From Octopus sinensis (lineage: Eukaryota), in contig NC_043010.1 in NCBI RefSeq assembly GCF_006345805.1, forward strand, positions 31,310,001 to 31,374,000: a stretch of DNA of 64,000 nt, written 5' to 3'. The number at the start of each line of letters is the position of its first letter. The first letter of the stretch is position 1. The position numbers and the translations under genes were made by a program. Below the pieces are notes generated by a model. The model was not told the origin of the DNA and made no database searches. It saw only the letters and a program-made list of their open reading frames with translations. Below are positions 12,690 to 26,477 of this stretch, piece by piece.

Positions 12690-13725
12690 AAATTCTTGAT
12701 TTAGCTGATCTTTGATGGAAGATATTAAATGAAAATTTTATTACACCTGGGATCACATAACATGCATGTTTGCAATATCACTGAAAACAATGCCCTGAGA
12801 CCTTTGGGGAACTTTGATGCAAAGGCCTCTGCCAGCATCATCTGACACTATGCCTCATCTTCTAGCAACTTGTGCTTGCAGCAGGCCTCCCGGTATGTTC
12901 CACATACCTCCCCATCAAAGGTTCTCAGGTCATAGAAACACACTGGTCCTCTGACCTCGTGCCGTAAAAGACTGGGGTAGAAACACTTCTGTTGACTATG
13001 ATGGACCATGTAAACTCTTCCAAGGCTGGGACTTTGATGCAGCAGTCTCTGCCAGTGCTGCATCCTACAGTGCCCCATCTTCTAGCAACCTGTGCTTGAA
13101 GCAGGCCTCCTGGTATGTTCCACATACCTAGTCTAATGACTACGTCTTTAGATCCTGGAAACACTCCTGTTGACTGGGATGGACTGTGTAAACTCTTCCA
13201 AGGCAATTGCCAGGATGTCCATCAACATCTTGACCAGCCTTTCTTCGTACCCTCCTACGCTGCTCCCTGCTTTCCATGGCTCTTGCTGTGGCTGTCAAAG
13301 GAGTATTTTGTGAATGTCTTTGTCCAGTCTTGTGTAAGGATCGTTTGCTCTCCTTCTCTTCAATGTCTCTGCTGCAGTGGTTTTGCAACCAATATGGGCT
13401 CTTTTCTTAAGTAGCATTATCTCAGAGTTTAGAAGCTTCAATTACAAAATGTGGATATGGCAAAAGTAAATCTAAATGCACAGAGTGCAATAAATTTAGA
13501 GAGAGAAAATGGAGAAAATCAGTTGAAAACTGCAGAAGTTTTTAGAGAAAAACCCGTGTAAAACACTGTTTTTCAGGGTTTCTTGCTTGAAGCAGGAGCT
13601 CTGGGCAAAATGTTATAGTGCATGACCATCCTGGGCGTATAAGTAATGTATGTTTAAAGTTTGGTAAAGACTGGTTGAAAACTGTAGAAATGTATACATA
13701 CTACATACACAGACATCCTTTGTTG
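12690..13725 (-). mobile_element. Helitron remnant with RepHel fragment
   Basis: LGRVYTVHPSQQECF and HEVRGPVCFYDLRTFDGEVCGTYREACCKHKLLED match the conserved Rep-to-helicase linker of Helitrons and are duplicated with ~220-bp period. 13500-13722 is the reverse complement of 10228-10445. Confidence 0.8.
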
Positions 13726-14049
13726 AAAGAACATACAAATACCTATTTCTTTACTACCCACAGTGGGACTGAACCCCAAACCATGTAGTTGCAAAGCAAG
13801 CATCTTTACCACACAACCATGCCTATATGCATATATGTAGTGCACTTTGCTTGTACTCTTTAGGCTGTGTAACCTTTTACTCAGTGGTTTTGATTGTACT
13901 TTGCATTTATCATGAAGACAAATGTCATTTCCCTAAGCATTATTTTATGTCTTTTGAGTTCTTTTGTGGAAATATTTCAGAGGCAAACTTACTGGAAATC
14001 TATTGTATCATGCTGTTGGCATATGAAATGAATACTGTCTATGTGTGTG

Positions 14050-14085
<36 letters not shown>

Positions 14086-14497
14086 TAGAGAGAGTGAGTA
14101 TGTGTGTGTGTGAAGGCATGTGGTCAAATGGTTAGGATGTTGAGCACATGATCATAAAGTAGTGGTCTTGATTTCTGAACCAATTAATGCATTGTATCTT
14201 TGACCAAGGCACTTCACTTCACTTTGTTCTAATCTACTGAGCTGAGCATGAATGACACCCAGCCCAGTGCTAATGCAACCCTCTCCTCCTCCGGCTGTCA
14301 CTTCCCAGATGGTCCACTAGATCAGAGTTTAGGGAGCCAAGTCACACTCACTTGTAAGTGATGGCTGTGTTATATATGGTGGTACAAACAAGAGAAACAG
14401 AACCTCACTATTCAAATAGATATATCATTTTATTTAGTTGTTTATGTGTGCTTATATATATATTATATCTATATATATATTATAATATATATATATA

Positions 14498-15185
14498 GCC
14501 TCCGTGTCGGTGGCACGTAAAAGCACCATCCGTTCGTGTCCGTTGCCAGCCTCGCCTGGCCCCCGTGCCGGTGACACGTAAAAGCACCATCCGTTCGTGG
14601 CCGTTTGCCAGCTCTGTCTGGCCCCCGTGTCAGTGGCACGTAAAAGCACCATCCGTTCGTGTCCGTTGCCAGCCTCGCCTGGCCCCCGTGCCGGTGACAC
14701 GTAAAAGCACCATCCGTTCGTGGCCGTTTGCCAGCCCTGTCTGGCCCCCGTGTTGGTGGCACGTAAAAGCACCAACCGTTCGTGGCCGTTTGCCAGCTCT
14801 GTCTGGCCCCCGTGTCAGTGGCACGTAAAAGCACCATCCGTTCGTGTCCGTTGCCAGCCTCGCCTGGCCCCCGTGCCGGTGACACGTAAAAAGCACCATC
14901 CGTTTCATGGCCGTTTGCCAGCCCTGTCTGGCCCCCGTGTTGGTGGCACGTAAAAGCACCATCCGTTCGTGGCCGTTTGCCAGCTCTGTCTGGCACCTGT
15001 GCGGGTGGCATGTAAAAAGCACCCACTACACTCACGGCGTGGTTGGCGTTAGGAAGGGCATCCAGCCGTAAAAACACTGCCAGATCTGACTGGGCCTGAT
15101 GAAGCCTTCCAGCTTCACAGACCCCAGTTGAACCGTCCAACCCATGCTAGTATGGAAAACGGATGCTAAATGATGATGATGATGA

Positions 15186-15190
<5 letters not shown>
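14498..15190 (+). mobile_element. (GAT)n-tailed retroposon 3' end with amplified ~62-bp GC-rich minisatellite
   Basis: About 8 units of g(g/a)cacgtaaaagcaccatccgttcgtg..., then ggttggcgttaggaagggcatccagc..ccaacccatgctag..(GAT)n. Confidence 0.85.
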
Positions 15191-15216
<26 letters not shown>

Positions 15217-15609
15217 CTCATACACATATACTTATGCCACATGCACACACCAGACACACACGCACAACACAAAACACACACACACCTGTGTATATATGAG
15301 AGCTCCATATACCACTGACCAGGATATAAAAATGAGCTGTGACTCATTTATTGTCTAATTATAAAGTGAATGTAACATTGAGTGTGACAAATAATGTGAA
15401 GTGAGGTGTCAGCTATTAACACTGAACTGACAAAAAGCTTACACACTGGAGTCACTTACATCATATAAACAGCTTGTGTCACTCTCTCACCTGCTGAACT
15501 TAGCATGCCTTGTCAGCTCTTACTATTAATTCCATGTCTTAAATCACAGTGTTTACTTTCAAAAATAGACACAGTGGTACTCCACATATATCTAAAGGTA
15601 TCCATAGTT

Positions 15610-16010
15610 ACTCTTTTACTTGTTTCAGTCATTTTGACTGCGGCCATGCTGGAGCACCGCCTTTAGTCGAGCAAATCGACCCCGGGACTTATTCTTTGTA
15701 AGCCTAGTACTTATTCTATCGGTCTCTTTTGCTGAACCGCTAAGTGACGGGGACGTAAACACACTAGCATCGGTTGTCAAGCAATGCTAGGGGACAAACA
15801 CAGACACACAAACGCACACACACACCACATATATATATATATATACATATATACGACAGGCTTCTTTCAGTTTCCGTCTACCAACTCCACTCACAAGGCA
15901 TTGGTCGGCCCGGGGCTATAGCAGAAGACACTTGCCCAAGATGCCACACAGTGGGACTGAACCTGGAACCATGTGGTTGGTTAGCAAGCTACTTACCACA
16001 CAGCCACTCT
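15610..16010 (-). mobile_element. tRNA-derived SINE family B with internal microsatellite
   Basis: Head gagtggctgtgtggtaag..ggttccaggttcagtcc, central (TA/TG)n, tail ..gactgaaacaagtaaaag. Confidence 0.85.
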
Positions 16011-16359
16011 TATCAGGTTTTATAAAACTCCCACCTCTGCCCACTACATTTGTAATAGCTATGGGACATTTTCTAAGGTGGGAATCAGCAATAGTTGGAG
16101 CCAATTCACAAGTGGAGTCACTCAGATATCCCATGTGGTGTTCTCAGAGTTATACTAATTGTTTTTCAAATTTAATGTATTTGTAAGCTGGCAAAGCATT
16201 TCTTCCAACTTTACATTCTAAGTTTAAATGCTGTGATGTTGACTTTGCCTTTCATCCTTTTGGAGGTTGATAAAATATGTATCACTCGAGCATGGGGGGG
16301 GGGCGATGTAATATACTCACCTCCTCCCCCAAATTTCAGGCTTTAAATCATCTTATTAT

Positions 16360-16552
16360 TTTACTTGTTTCAGTCATTAAACTCCAACCATGCTGGGGCA
16401 CCACCTTGAAAAATTTTAGTCAAATGGTTTGACTCCAAAACTTTTTGTTTTTAAAGTATGGTACTTATTCAAGTGGTCTCTTTTGCTGAGCTACTAAATT
16501 ATGCAGATGTAAATACACCAACACCGGTTGCCAATTGGTGGTGGGGGACAAA

Positions 16553-16591
<39 letters not shown>

Positions 16592-16735
16592 ACAAGCTTC
16601 TTTCAGTTTCTGCCTACCAAATCCACTCATAAGGTTTTTGTTGGTCTGAAGCTATAGTAGAAGGCACTTGCCCAAGATGTCATGCAGTGAAACTGAACCC
16701 AGAACCATGTTTTAGAAGCAAGCTTCTTGCCACAC
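16360..16735 (-). mobile_element. SINE family B
   Basis: Similar to 15610-16010. Confidence 0.75.
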
Positions 16736-17015
16736 TATATTAGGAACAAAAACAAAATGTATTTGTGGTCATTGAACTTTTGATGACTAAGATAGTTTTG
16801 GTGTCATAATTTGCATAATTTATATTTAGAAAAACATTGGCAGTAATAACAAAGGGTAGTGAATAGGGGTATTTTTAGATGTAAGACGTGATATAATATA
16901 CAGGTGGGCCATGGGCAAATATGAGATAAAAAAGAATCAAAATCAAAAGCAGGTCTTCTGTAATTGTTATCTGTATTTCCAAGACTGTGTGTTTGTGTGT
17001 ATATATATGTGTATG

Positions 17016-17058
<43 letters not shown>

Positions 17059-17264
17059 TACAGAAAATAAAGTAAATTTTGAGCATGGGATAGCTGTGAA
17101 AACAGCTAAATTCTCTGTAGCCACCAGCTCACCTTTGTTTCTATTTTCTAGGGGTACTTACCCATTTCTAGGGTGTTTTTATAGCTATTCAGTGTTTGAA
17201 ATTTACTTATATCTATAAAAAATGCCAACCTACTCATGCTTCTAAGTTGTTGATAAAAATATTC

Positions 17265-17343
17265 TCATATATATATATATACTATATCTATATATTATAT
17301 ATATTTATATATATATATATATATATATATTATATTTATAGAT

Positions 17344-17382
<39 letters not shown>

Positions 17383-17560
17383 TATATATATAGATATTAT
17401 ATATTATATTTATCTATATAGAATATATATATAATTATATTTATATAATTATATATATTATATATATAATATATATTATATTTAATATATATATATATAT
17501 AGATATTATATATATATTTATTTTTATATATATATATATATATATATCTATTATTATATT

Positions 17561-17593
<33 letters not shown>

Positions 17594-17811
17594 ATATAAT
17601 ATTATATATATATATATATTATATATATATATTTTATATATATATATTTATATATATATATATATATATATATAAGATTATATTATATATATATATTATA
17701 TTTATATTATATATATATATATATATTTATATAGATATTATAGAGATTATTTTATATATTTTTAATAATCTATATCTATTTTAATATATATATATATATT
17801 ATCTATATATA

Positions 17812-17852
<41 letters not shown>

Positions 17853-19377
17853 ATTCTATATATTTAGATATATATTATATTATTATATATAATATATTTA
17901 TATATATATATTAGATATATATATATATATATATTATATATATTATATTATATATATTATTTATATATCTATATTTTATATATATTTATATATTATTAAT
18001 TATATATATTTATATATATATTATATATATATATATTATATAATTTATATATATATATATATTTATATTAATATATATTTTATATATATATATAGATTTT
18101 ATATTATATATATATTATATATAGTATATATAATATATCTAGATATATATTTATATATATATATATAATTATATTATATTATATATATAATTATATATAT
18201 ATTTATAATAATGAATATTAGATTATATATATTATTTATTATATATATCTATATAATATTTATATATATATATATTAGATATATATATATTTATATATTA
18301 TAATATATATATATATTAGATATATTATTTAATATATAGCTATATATATAATATATTATATATATCTATATATTTTAGATATATATATATATATTTATAT
18401 ATAGATAGATATATTTTATATATTATATATATATATTATATATTATATATATATATATTATTATATATATATATATATATATTTATATAATATATATATA
18501 TATTTATTATATTTATATATATCTATATATTTATATATATATATATATATTTATATATATTATATAATATTTATATATTATATATATATATAGTTATATA
18601 TATATATTATATATTAGATAAATATATATATTATATATATATATATATATTAATATATATATATAGATTATATTATATATATATTAATATATTTATATAG
18701 AATAATATATATATTTATATATATATATATAGATATATTTTATTATATAATATTATATATTATATATATATATAGATATATATATATATTATATATCATT
18801 ATATATATTTATATATATATATATATAGTTATTATATATATATATATTTATATTATATATATATATTATATATATAATATATATATATTTATATATCTAT
18901 ATAGATTTATTATCTCTTATTTATATATATATATATATATTTAGATATATATATATTTATATATATTTATATATATATATATATTTATATATATAATATA
19001 TTTATATATAATATATATATATTTATATATATATATATATATATTTTATATAATATTATAATATTTATAATATATATATATATTTATATATATATATATA
19101 TATATATACTTTATATATATATCTATATATTTATATAGATATATATATATATTTATATATATTATATATATATAATATTTATATATATATATATATCTTT
19201 ATATATATTATATATATATATTTATATATATATATATATATTTATATATTATATATATATAATTCTATTTGATATATATTTATATATATTTATATATATA
19301 ATATATTAATTTATATTATATATATATTTAGCTATATATAATATTATATATTTATATATATATATATATATATATTT

Positions 19378-19414
<37 letters not shown>

Positions 19415-19426
19415 ATATATTATATT

Positions 19427-19491
<65 letters not shown>

Positions 19492-19712
19492 ATTAATATA
19501 TAATTTCTATAATATTATATATATATATCTATCTATATATATATATATATATATATCTATATATCTATTATATATATATATATATATATCTATAATTATA
19601 TATAATATATATATATTTATATATATTTATATATATATATATATTATATATATAATATATATATTTATATTTATATAATAGTATATGTATATATTATATA
19701 TATTATATTTAT
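17265..19712. repeat. long imperfect (TA)n microsatellite
   Basis: About 2.4 kb almost exclusively A/T with irregular indels. Confidence 0.95.
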
Positions 19713-19713
19713 A

Positions 19714-20497
19714 TGCAAAATATCATACTTGGGGGAGTGGTCAAGGAGTCAGTGGTAAATTAGATAAAAGAATAAATAAAAGAATAAAAAAATAAAAAAA
19801 TATATAAAAGAATCGAGTTTTAGGTAAATAAGGAGATTCTCACTTATACCTATACACATATGTATACATATATACACACACACACACACATATATATATA
19901 TACACATACACATACATACATATATCTACACATATATATACATATATATATATATATCTATATATACACACATATATATATATATACATATATATATATA
20001 CACACACATATGCATACACATATACACACACACATGTATATATACACACACGACCACACAACATATTACACACATAAAAATATATACATACACACACATA
20101 CACATACACGCATACACACATATCCACATACACACATGCACACCAACACCACACACACATGTGTGTGTATATATATATATGTATAATATATATATATATA
20201 TGTGTGTATATATAGATATATATATATATGTATATAGATGTGTAGATATATGTAGTATGTGTATGTGTATATATAGATATATATATATATATATATGTGT
20301 TTGTGTGGGTATTGATGGTGTATGTATATGTGTGTGTGGTGTGGGTAGATGTCTACATATGTGTTATAGGTATAAGTGAGAATCTCCTTATTTACCTAAA
20401 ACTCGATTCTTTATATTTTTTTTTTTTTATTCTTTTATTTATTCTTTATCTAATTTACCACTGACTCCTTGACAATCCCCAAGTATGATATTTTGCA
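19714..20497. repeat. large inverted repeat
   Basis: 19714-19855 is the reverse complement of ~20365-20497; inner arms are (CA/TA)n vs (TG/TA)n around ~20160. Confidence 0.85.
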
Positions 20498-20583
20498 CTA
20501 TGCCTACCCCCAAAAAGTCCCCCACCACACCCCTTTTAAACCTGCCTAAATGTATAAATGCCAATTACAATTCTTTGTTAACT

Positions 20584-20634
20584 AGCTTCCTGAAGATTCT
20601 CTTGAATGAAAACAGTTCTAGTCCTGTAGAAGCT
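20584..20634 (+). ncRNA. type I hammerhead-like motif
   Basis: AGCTTC-CTGAAG-ATTC(tctt)GAAT-GAAA-ACAG(ttctagtc)CTGT-A-GAAGCT. All three stems pair but core spacing is off by 1 nt on each side. Followed by AATAAA and (TA)n. Confidence 0.6.
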
Positions 20635-20649
20635 CCTTCTATTAATAAA

Positions 20650-20710
20650 ATATATATATAGATATATATAGATTTATTATATCTATAATTATATATATTT
20701 ATATATATAT

Positions 20711-20764
<54 letters not shown>

Positions 20765-21163
20765 ATATATATATTTATATATTATATACTTATATATATT
20801 ATATTATATATATATAAGATATTTATATTATATATATATATATATATTTATAATATATATATATATAGATTATTATAATATATTTTAGATAATATATATA
20901 TATTTATATATATATATAATATATATATTTATCTAATATATATAATTTATCATATATATATTATATCTATATATATATATATATTTATATAGATATTATA
21001 TATTTATATATCTATATTATATATATATAATATATATATATATTTATATATTATATATATATTAATATATATATATTATATATAGTATATATATATATAT
21101 TTATATATATATTATATACGTATATATATATATACTATATTATATTTATATATATATTATATA

Positions 21164-21207
<44 letters not shown>

Positions 21208-21255
21208 GTATGTATGTATATATATGTATGTATGTATATACATATACATACATAT
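20650..21255. repeat. imperfect (TA)n microsatellite
   Basis: Low-complexity A/T tract. Confidence 0.9.
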
Positions 21256-21324
21256 AATTGATGCATATATACTGACAGGAACCGTAATCACTCAAAAGCA
21301 CTAGTTCAGAATATTTACTATATT

Positions 21325-21368
21325 GATCAATCAGTTTTGGCTTTTACCATAGCCTCATCAGTAGGGAC
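21325..21368 (-). ncRNA. inverted copy of the same hammerhead (decayed)
   Basis: Reverse complement reads GTCCCTA-CTGATGA-GGCT(atggtaaa)AGCC-AAAAC-TGAttgaTCA. Confidence 0.65.
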
Positions 21369-21828
21369 GGCTGATTCCGAATGAAAGTAATCTAACAGCT
21401 CACCTGCAATGATTGAGAAAGTTGTGGCGAAAGATTGAGAAAGTTGTGATGAAACAGTCAGCAGAAGCTTAGGTGTTTCGCTCATAAACGCATACAGATT
21501 CAAACCTGCGATCCCTCGACCACAGGTCCGCTGCTCTATACACTAAGCCAGGTGCCTCCACTGTCAGTATATATGTATACAATTATGTGCTTTGACTACA
21601 GAATTAGAGTAGTTTAACTCTTATTTATAGCAGTGTAGGTGTTCTGACACCGTTAATCATATTTAATGACAATTATAGTTTTCATTTTTGGTAATGCATT
21701 GCATACCACTGTACATATTAATTATTTGTATACACATTCGCAATTCACTAAATCATCCATAGATTTCTATTGCAAATGCATATATATACTGACAGTGAAT
21801 TTTATCTGGAATCAGCCAAGTGGAGCTG

Positions 21829-21881
21829 TCCCTACTGATGAGGCTATGATAAAAGTCAAAACTAACCAATCAGTATAGGGA
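21829..21881 (+). ncRNA. type I hammerhead ribozyme, G12>A decayed
   Basis: TCCCTA-CTGATGA-GGCT(atgataaa)AGTC-AAAAC-taaccaatca-GTA-TAGGGA. Stem I is a perfect 6 bp; the G of GAAA is lost at a former CpG. Confidence 0.75.
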
Positions 21882-22127
21882 ATTCTTGACCAGTACCTTC
21901 AGGCGCTTATGGTCTCTGTCAGTATATATGGATACAATTTTGTGCTTTGTCTACAACATTAGAGCAGTTGAGCTCTTATTTCTAGCAGTGTAAGTGTTCT
22001 GATATCCTTAGTCATATTTAATGACATTTATAGTTTTCCTTTTTGGTAACGCATTGCACCCCTCTGTCCTTATTAATTATTTACATACACACATAAGAGT
22101 GTTTGGGCTAAATTTAACAGTTTGCAT

Positions 22128-24330
22128 ATATTGTGGAAGGATCCTGACCATCCCCACATGACCAAAAGTGGACTGACACATTTCAGTAAAATAAAGAAAC
22201 TGTATGCACTGTCGGCAGTTGACAGTTTTGATTGTTCATATTGGATTACTGTATTAATTTGATATCATATCCACATTTGGCATAGTACAGAGTATGTTCT
22301 GCATGAACATATTAATTCTGCAAAAGGTTATTCTAGATAACCATATCCAATAATTATTTGGGTAATACTATTCCTGCACCCAACGGGCACTACAACGTTG
22401 TCATAGCATTATTGGCAACCTAGGCTGGATAGAATGTTGTTTGGAACATGGAAGAATTACTAGTATCAGTAATTGGATTACAAAAACAGCAACAGCAGCT
22501 GGTGGAATGGCAGAAGCAACAGCAACTGTTAATACAGCTGCTACTCAACAGAACATAAAATACATCAACTTCATTCCCCCCTGATACGGTTGCAAACTCC
22601 ATCGGTGAATTCACATATAACATGGATGAGGGTATTACCTTTTGTGCATACTACAGAAGGTATGAGGAAATTTTTAAAGAAGAGTACTCAAACTGGCAAA
22701 ATGAAAAAAGAACCTGATTTTTGTTGAGGAAGTTGCCCCAGCAGAGCACAAAAAATACTGCCACTATATATTACCAAAGAGACCAGGGGAAGTCTGTTTC
22801 AAAGAAACTGTTGATACCCTTTCAAAGATTTTCAGCAAGAGAAGTTCCTATGGCTATGCATGAATATTACAAAAAAAGAGGACAAAGATTTTATTACATA
22901 CACTGGAATCGTTAATAATGAATGCAAAAAATTTTAAATGAATAAACTAACACCAGATATGTTTAAATGCTGAAATTTGTAACCAAATTCTGACCAAATT
23001 AGAGCAGAATCAGAAGCTAACACTAAAAGAAATATCTGAGGAATGCCAGAGAATAATAAACCTTAGGCATGATACAGAACAAATTGAAGTAAAAAACTGC
23101 TCTCATATACAATTGGGATGACCCAAATGAAAAGCAGAAAATTAACCCATGGTTCAGATTGGAGAATTACACTACAGATTCAACTGTCTTTATAAAAATC
23201 GAAAATGCTTCAAGTGTGGTAAGATAGGTAAAAAAAAACCACACTGTAAGACAAAACCTAAAAAAACAGTCCAACAGAAAAAAATCATGTAAATAGTTTA
23301 TTGATGACAAGAAATACGAATGAGCCTCAAAGGAAATTTGTGTGTATAAAAATTAATAATACAAATGTAAAATTACAGTTAAATACAGCTGGTGACATTA
23401 CTTCAATTAATGAAAACACTTGGAAATAAAAATCAGGAAAGCTACACTACAGAAATCCTCAAAAATTGCCTATGACATAAAAATCCATTTTCAAAGGTGA
23501 AATTATTTGTGTAATATCATACGTGAACTACCAGTTACATTACAAGACATAAAATTAAAAGTAGAAAATGGTTGATGTTTTAAAAAAATTAAAGAAATAC
23601 TGAGGGCTAAAAGAGATAAAAATAAGCATTTTGCTGAAGGCAACAAATTTGAACCTATTCTCAATGTATGACAATGTGTTAATGTAAGTACAAAGAGTCA
23701 TAGTGCCAGCCACACTACAGAAGCGATTACTAAAGCAATTTCACATTAGTCACTCAGCAATTTCAAGAATGAAATTGCTTTGAGAAGTTATGTATATTGG
23801 CCAAGAATGGACTGTGACATTGAAGAACTAGTGAAAGCATGCAGAAGTTGTGCTCTAGCTGCAAAAGGACCTACCACTAAATGGCAACCATGGCCAAAAA
23901 CAGATATTCCTATGTCCAGATTGCATATTAATTATGCAGGTCCACTTAAGGGTTCATATTACCTTGTTGTGGTGGACAGTTTTTCAAAGTGGCCCGAAGT
24001 GCATAAATGTAAAAAACCAACATCTGAAGATACAGTAAGTTTTTTTACACAAATTGTTTACCAGATATGGTATTCCTGATACCAATGTGTCTGATAATGG
24101 AACTCAGTTTACTTCAGATGAGTCCAAAAAATTTTGTAAAATGTTCATTATTGAACATATGACCACTCTGCTGTATCACCCTAGGTCAAATGGTCAAGCG
24201 GAGCATTTTGTTGATACTTTTAAGAGGGATTTATAAAAGGTGAACAATGAAGTAATGGACAACCTAGCACTTCAACAATTTCTAAGAGTATGCCAAGTAA
24301 CACCGAATCTGAATACCCCATCTGATGTGT
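22128..24330 (+). mobile_element. decayed Gypsy LTR retrotransposon, RT/RNaseH deleted, 3' truncated
   Basis: 5' LTR-like TATTGTGGAAGGATCC...CTACAAC (22128-22397), gag from MEELLVSV ~22448, knuckle CFKCGKIG ~23205, decayed protease KLQLNTAGDI ~23370, integrase RSYVYWP/VVVDSFSKWPEV/SDNGTQF/HPRSNGQAE 23780-24236. Same family as 1862-7893. Confidence 0.88.
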
Positions 24331-24394
24331 TTGAGAATAAATCATTTCCTTATCTGTATCTTAAAATACATCTCAGCACTTCTAAAAAAAAGAA

Positions 24395-24955
24395 GCGTTT
24401 CGTAATCCGGCAGGACACGTGAGGCCATAACCCATGGCCCCTACCTGGGACGTAGTCAGTCCACCTGTGCATACCTTCCTTCTTGGGACACTTGTGAAGA
24501 CCTGTTGAGGCAAGTGAAAATCAAACCAAATCAAAATCGATGAACATCAATGGAATTTGTATCTTTGTGGTACCAGTGCCGGTGGCACATAAGAAAACTA
24601 TCCGAACGTGGCCATAGCCAGTACCGCATCGACTGGCCTCCGTGCTGTGGGCACGTAACAAACACCATCCGATCGTGGCCGTTCGCCAGCCTCGTCTGGC
24701 ACCTGTGTCAGTGGCACATAAAAAACACCATCCGAGCGTGGCCGTTCGCCAGCCTCGTCTGGCACCTGTGTCGGTGGCACATAAAATCACCCACTACACT
24801 CTCGGAGTGGTTGGCGTTAGGAAGGGCATCCAGCTGTAGAAACACTGCCAGATCTGACTGGTCTGGTGCAGCCTTCGGGCTTCCCAGACCCCAGTTGAAC
24901 CGTCCAACCCATGCTAGCATGGAAAGCGGACGTTAAACGATGATGATGATGATAT
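24395..24955 (+). mobile_element. (GAT)n-tailed retroposon 3' end with 3 internal repeat units
   Basis: Same family as 14498-15190. Decayed copies at ~34870, 36330, 37230, 52020, 58040. Confidence 0.8.
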
Positions 24956-24957
24956 AT

Positions 24958-25021
<64 letters not shown>

Positions 25022-26095
25022 TGTCATACAAGCAGTGGTGTTCATTTGCAATATTTTGTGAAAACATGTTGAGCGATTGTGTTGTTTGTGTTTGAAGGAT
25101 AAGGGAAAATGTTTGAAAACTAGTGAGGGTCAGCAACAGAAGGGCATCCACCCATAGGAAATCTGCCTCAATAAATTTCATCTGACACAGGTTAAAATGA
25201 TCAAGATCATGATCATGATATATTTATTGAGCAGAAAATGACATGTACACATTAATCAATATACATGTATAAGCAATATATTTAAAAAGAAAAGGAAAAA
25301 AAAACAGGATGATGTCTTCTCTGAACAACACCTGTTCATCAAATAAGCATTGCTAGTAATTATATTGCAACAATGAAGGAAGCATTACTGGTGTCTTGAT
25401 TTTAACTTGTATTGTTTACATATGCATGTCTGATCATGTAAATTGTTTGAAGTATGGAAGAAGAATTAATTCATTATAATAGCTTCATGTTTTGACTTAA
25501 AAACTAAACAATACTAGTAGCTCCATGACAAAAGTTATTTTACCAAACACCTCTTCAAATTCTTTGATTATTTTAAAGGTTAATTAAAATACATGATATA
25601 TTTCATTAGAAATAAATCACAGAAGGGTAACTAATATAAATTGCTATGTAACACACACACCTGTATGCACATACACACACACACACACACACAAAAGTGA
25701 AGTCCGATGACTTTGTGGTTAGGTGTATTCAGCTCACAATCATAAGGCCGTGAGTTTGATTCCAGGCAGCACGTGTCCTTGAGCAAGACACTTTACTTCA
25801 TATTGCTCCACTCCACTCCGGTAGTTATCCTCAAGCCATATACTTGTCCTGAATGCATTCAACTGAGTGGACTCTGCTCAAGGCATCCATGGTATCAGGT
25901 GGTGGTGAAAATACCAATGTATGGATTAAGATTGGGAACAGTTGTATAGAGATGTACTTGTTACATAATGAATATTAAGTGGAAGTAAATGTGATGCATT
26001 TTGTATTTAGAACCAGGACATAAATAAAACAATTTTAGCATGGAAGACACATTTTAACCATTCAAAACTGTACAAAAACTGTTAACTTCACTTAA

Positions 26096-26293
26096 GCCTT
26101 TAGCATTCAGATTAGTTTGTCAAATGTAATGCTTATTTATTCACATTGTTTTGAATTACTTATGCATTATCTTGTAGCTTTGAGATTTCGATTATGGGAT
26201 TAGTAGACATTGTAGGGTGGATGTAAGAGACTGGTTTTGACCAGTTTGAATATAAACAAATAGAATATTTTGGACAGTTTAAATGCTAAAACG
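26096..26293. mobile_element. piggyBac-type MITE
   Basis: TTAA on both sides; ends tttagcatt/aatgctaaa; left ~70 bp and right end align with the termini of the 5785-7617 element. Confidence 0.75.
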
Positions 26294-26477
26294 TTAAACA
26301 TTATTCAATGTCATTTTATTTTTGTACCAACTCTGAATTAGTTACTAATATTGTTCATTTGAAATTGCTGTGGGATTGTGTTAGTGACCAGAATTTCATT
26401 TTTTAAATATTTGTTGTATGTTTTAATTTATTTTTGCAATACTTTGATCTAAATTAATTCCTTTTCTTTTTTCCAGA

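Larger units (their letters stand above)
21245..22090. mobile_element. hammerhead-containing repeat: ~355-bp unit in partial tandem plus an inverted segment
   Basis: ctgtcagtatatatg... recurs at 21561 and 21916; 21245-21385 is the reverse complement of ~21805-21945; homologous to 1-310. Confidence 0.7.

Noticed and set aside
14452-15140. Repetitive ORFs up to 223 aa and a CRISPR-like look
   Set aside because: Contiguous tandem units with no unique spacers, inside a retroposon tail; no cas genes; eukaryotic context.
17265-19712. Hidden periodicity in the long AT tract
   Set aside because: Irregular indel pattern is what uncorrected long reads over (TA)n produce.
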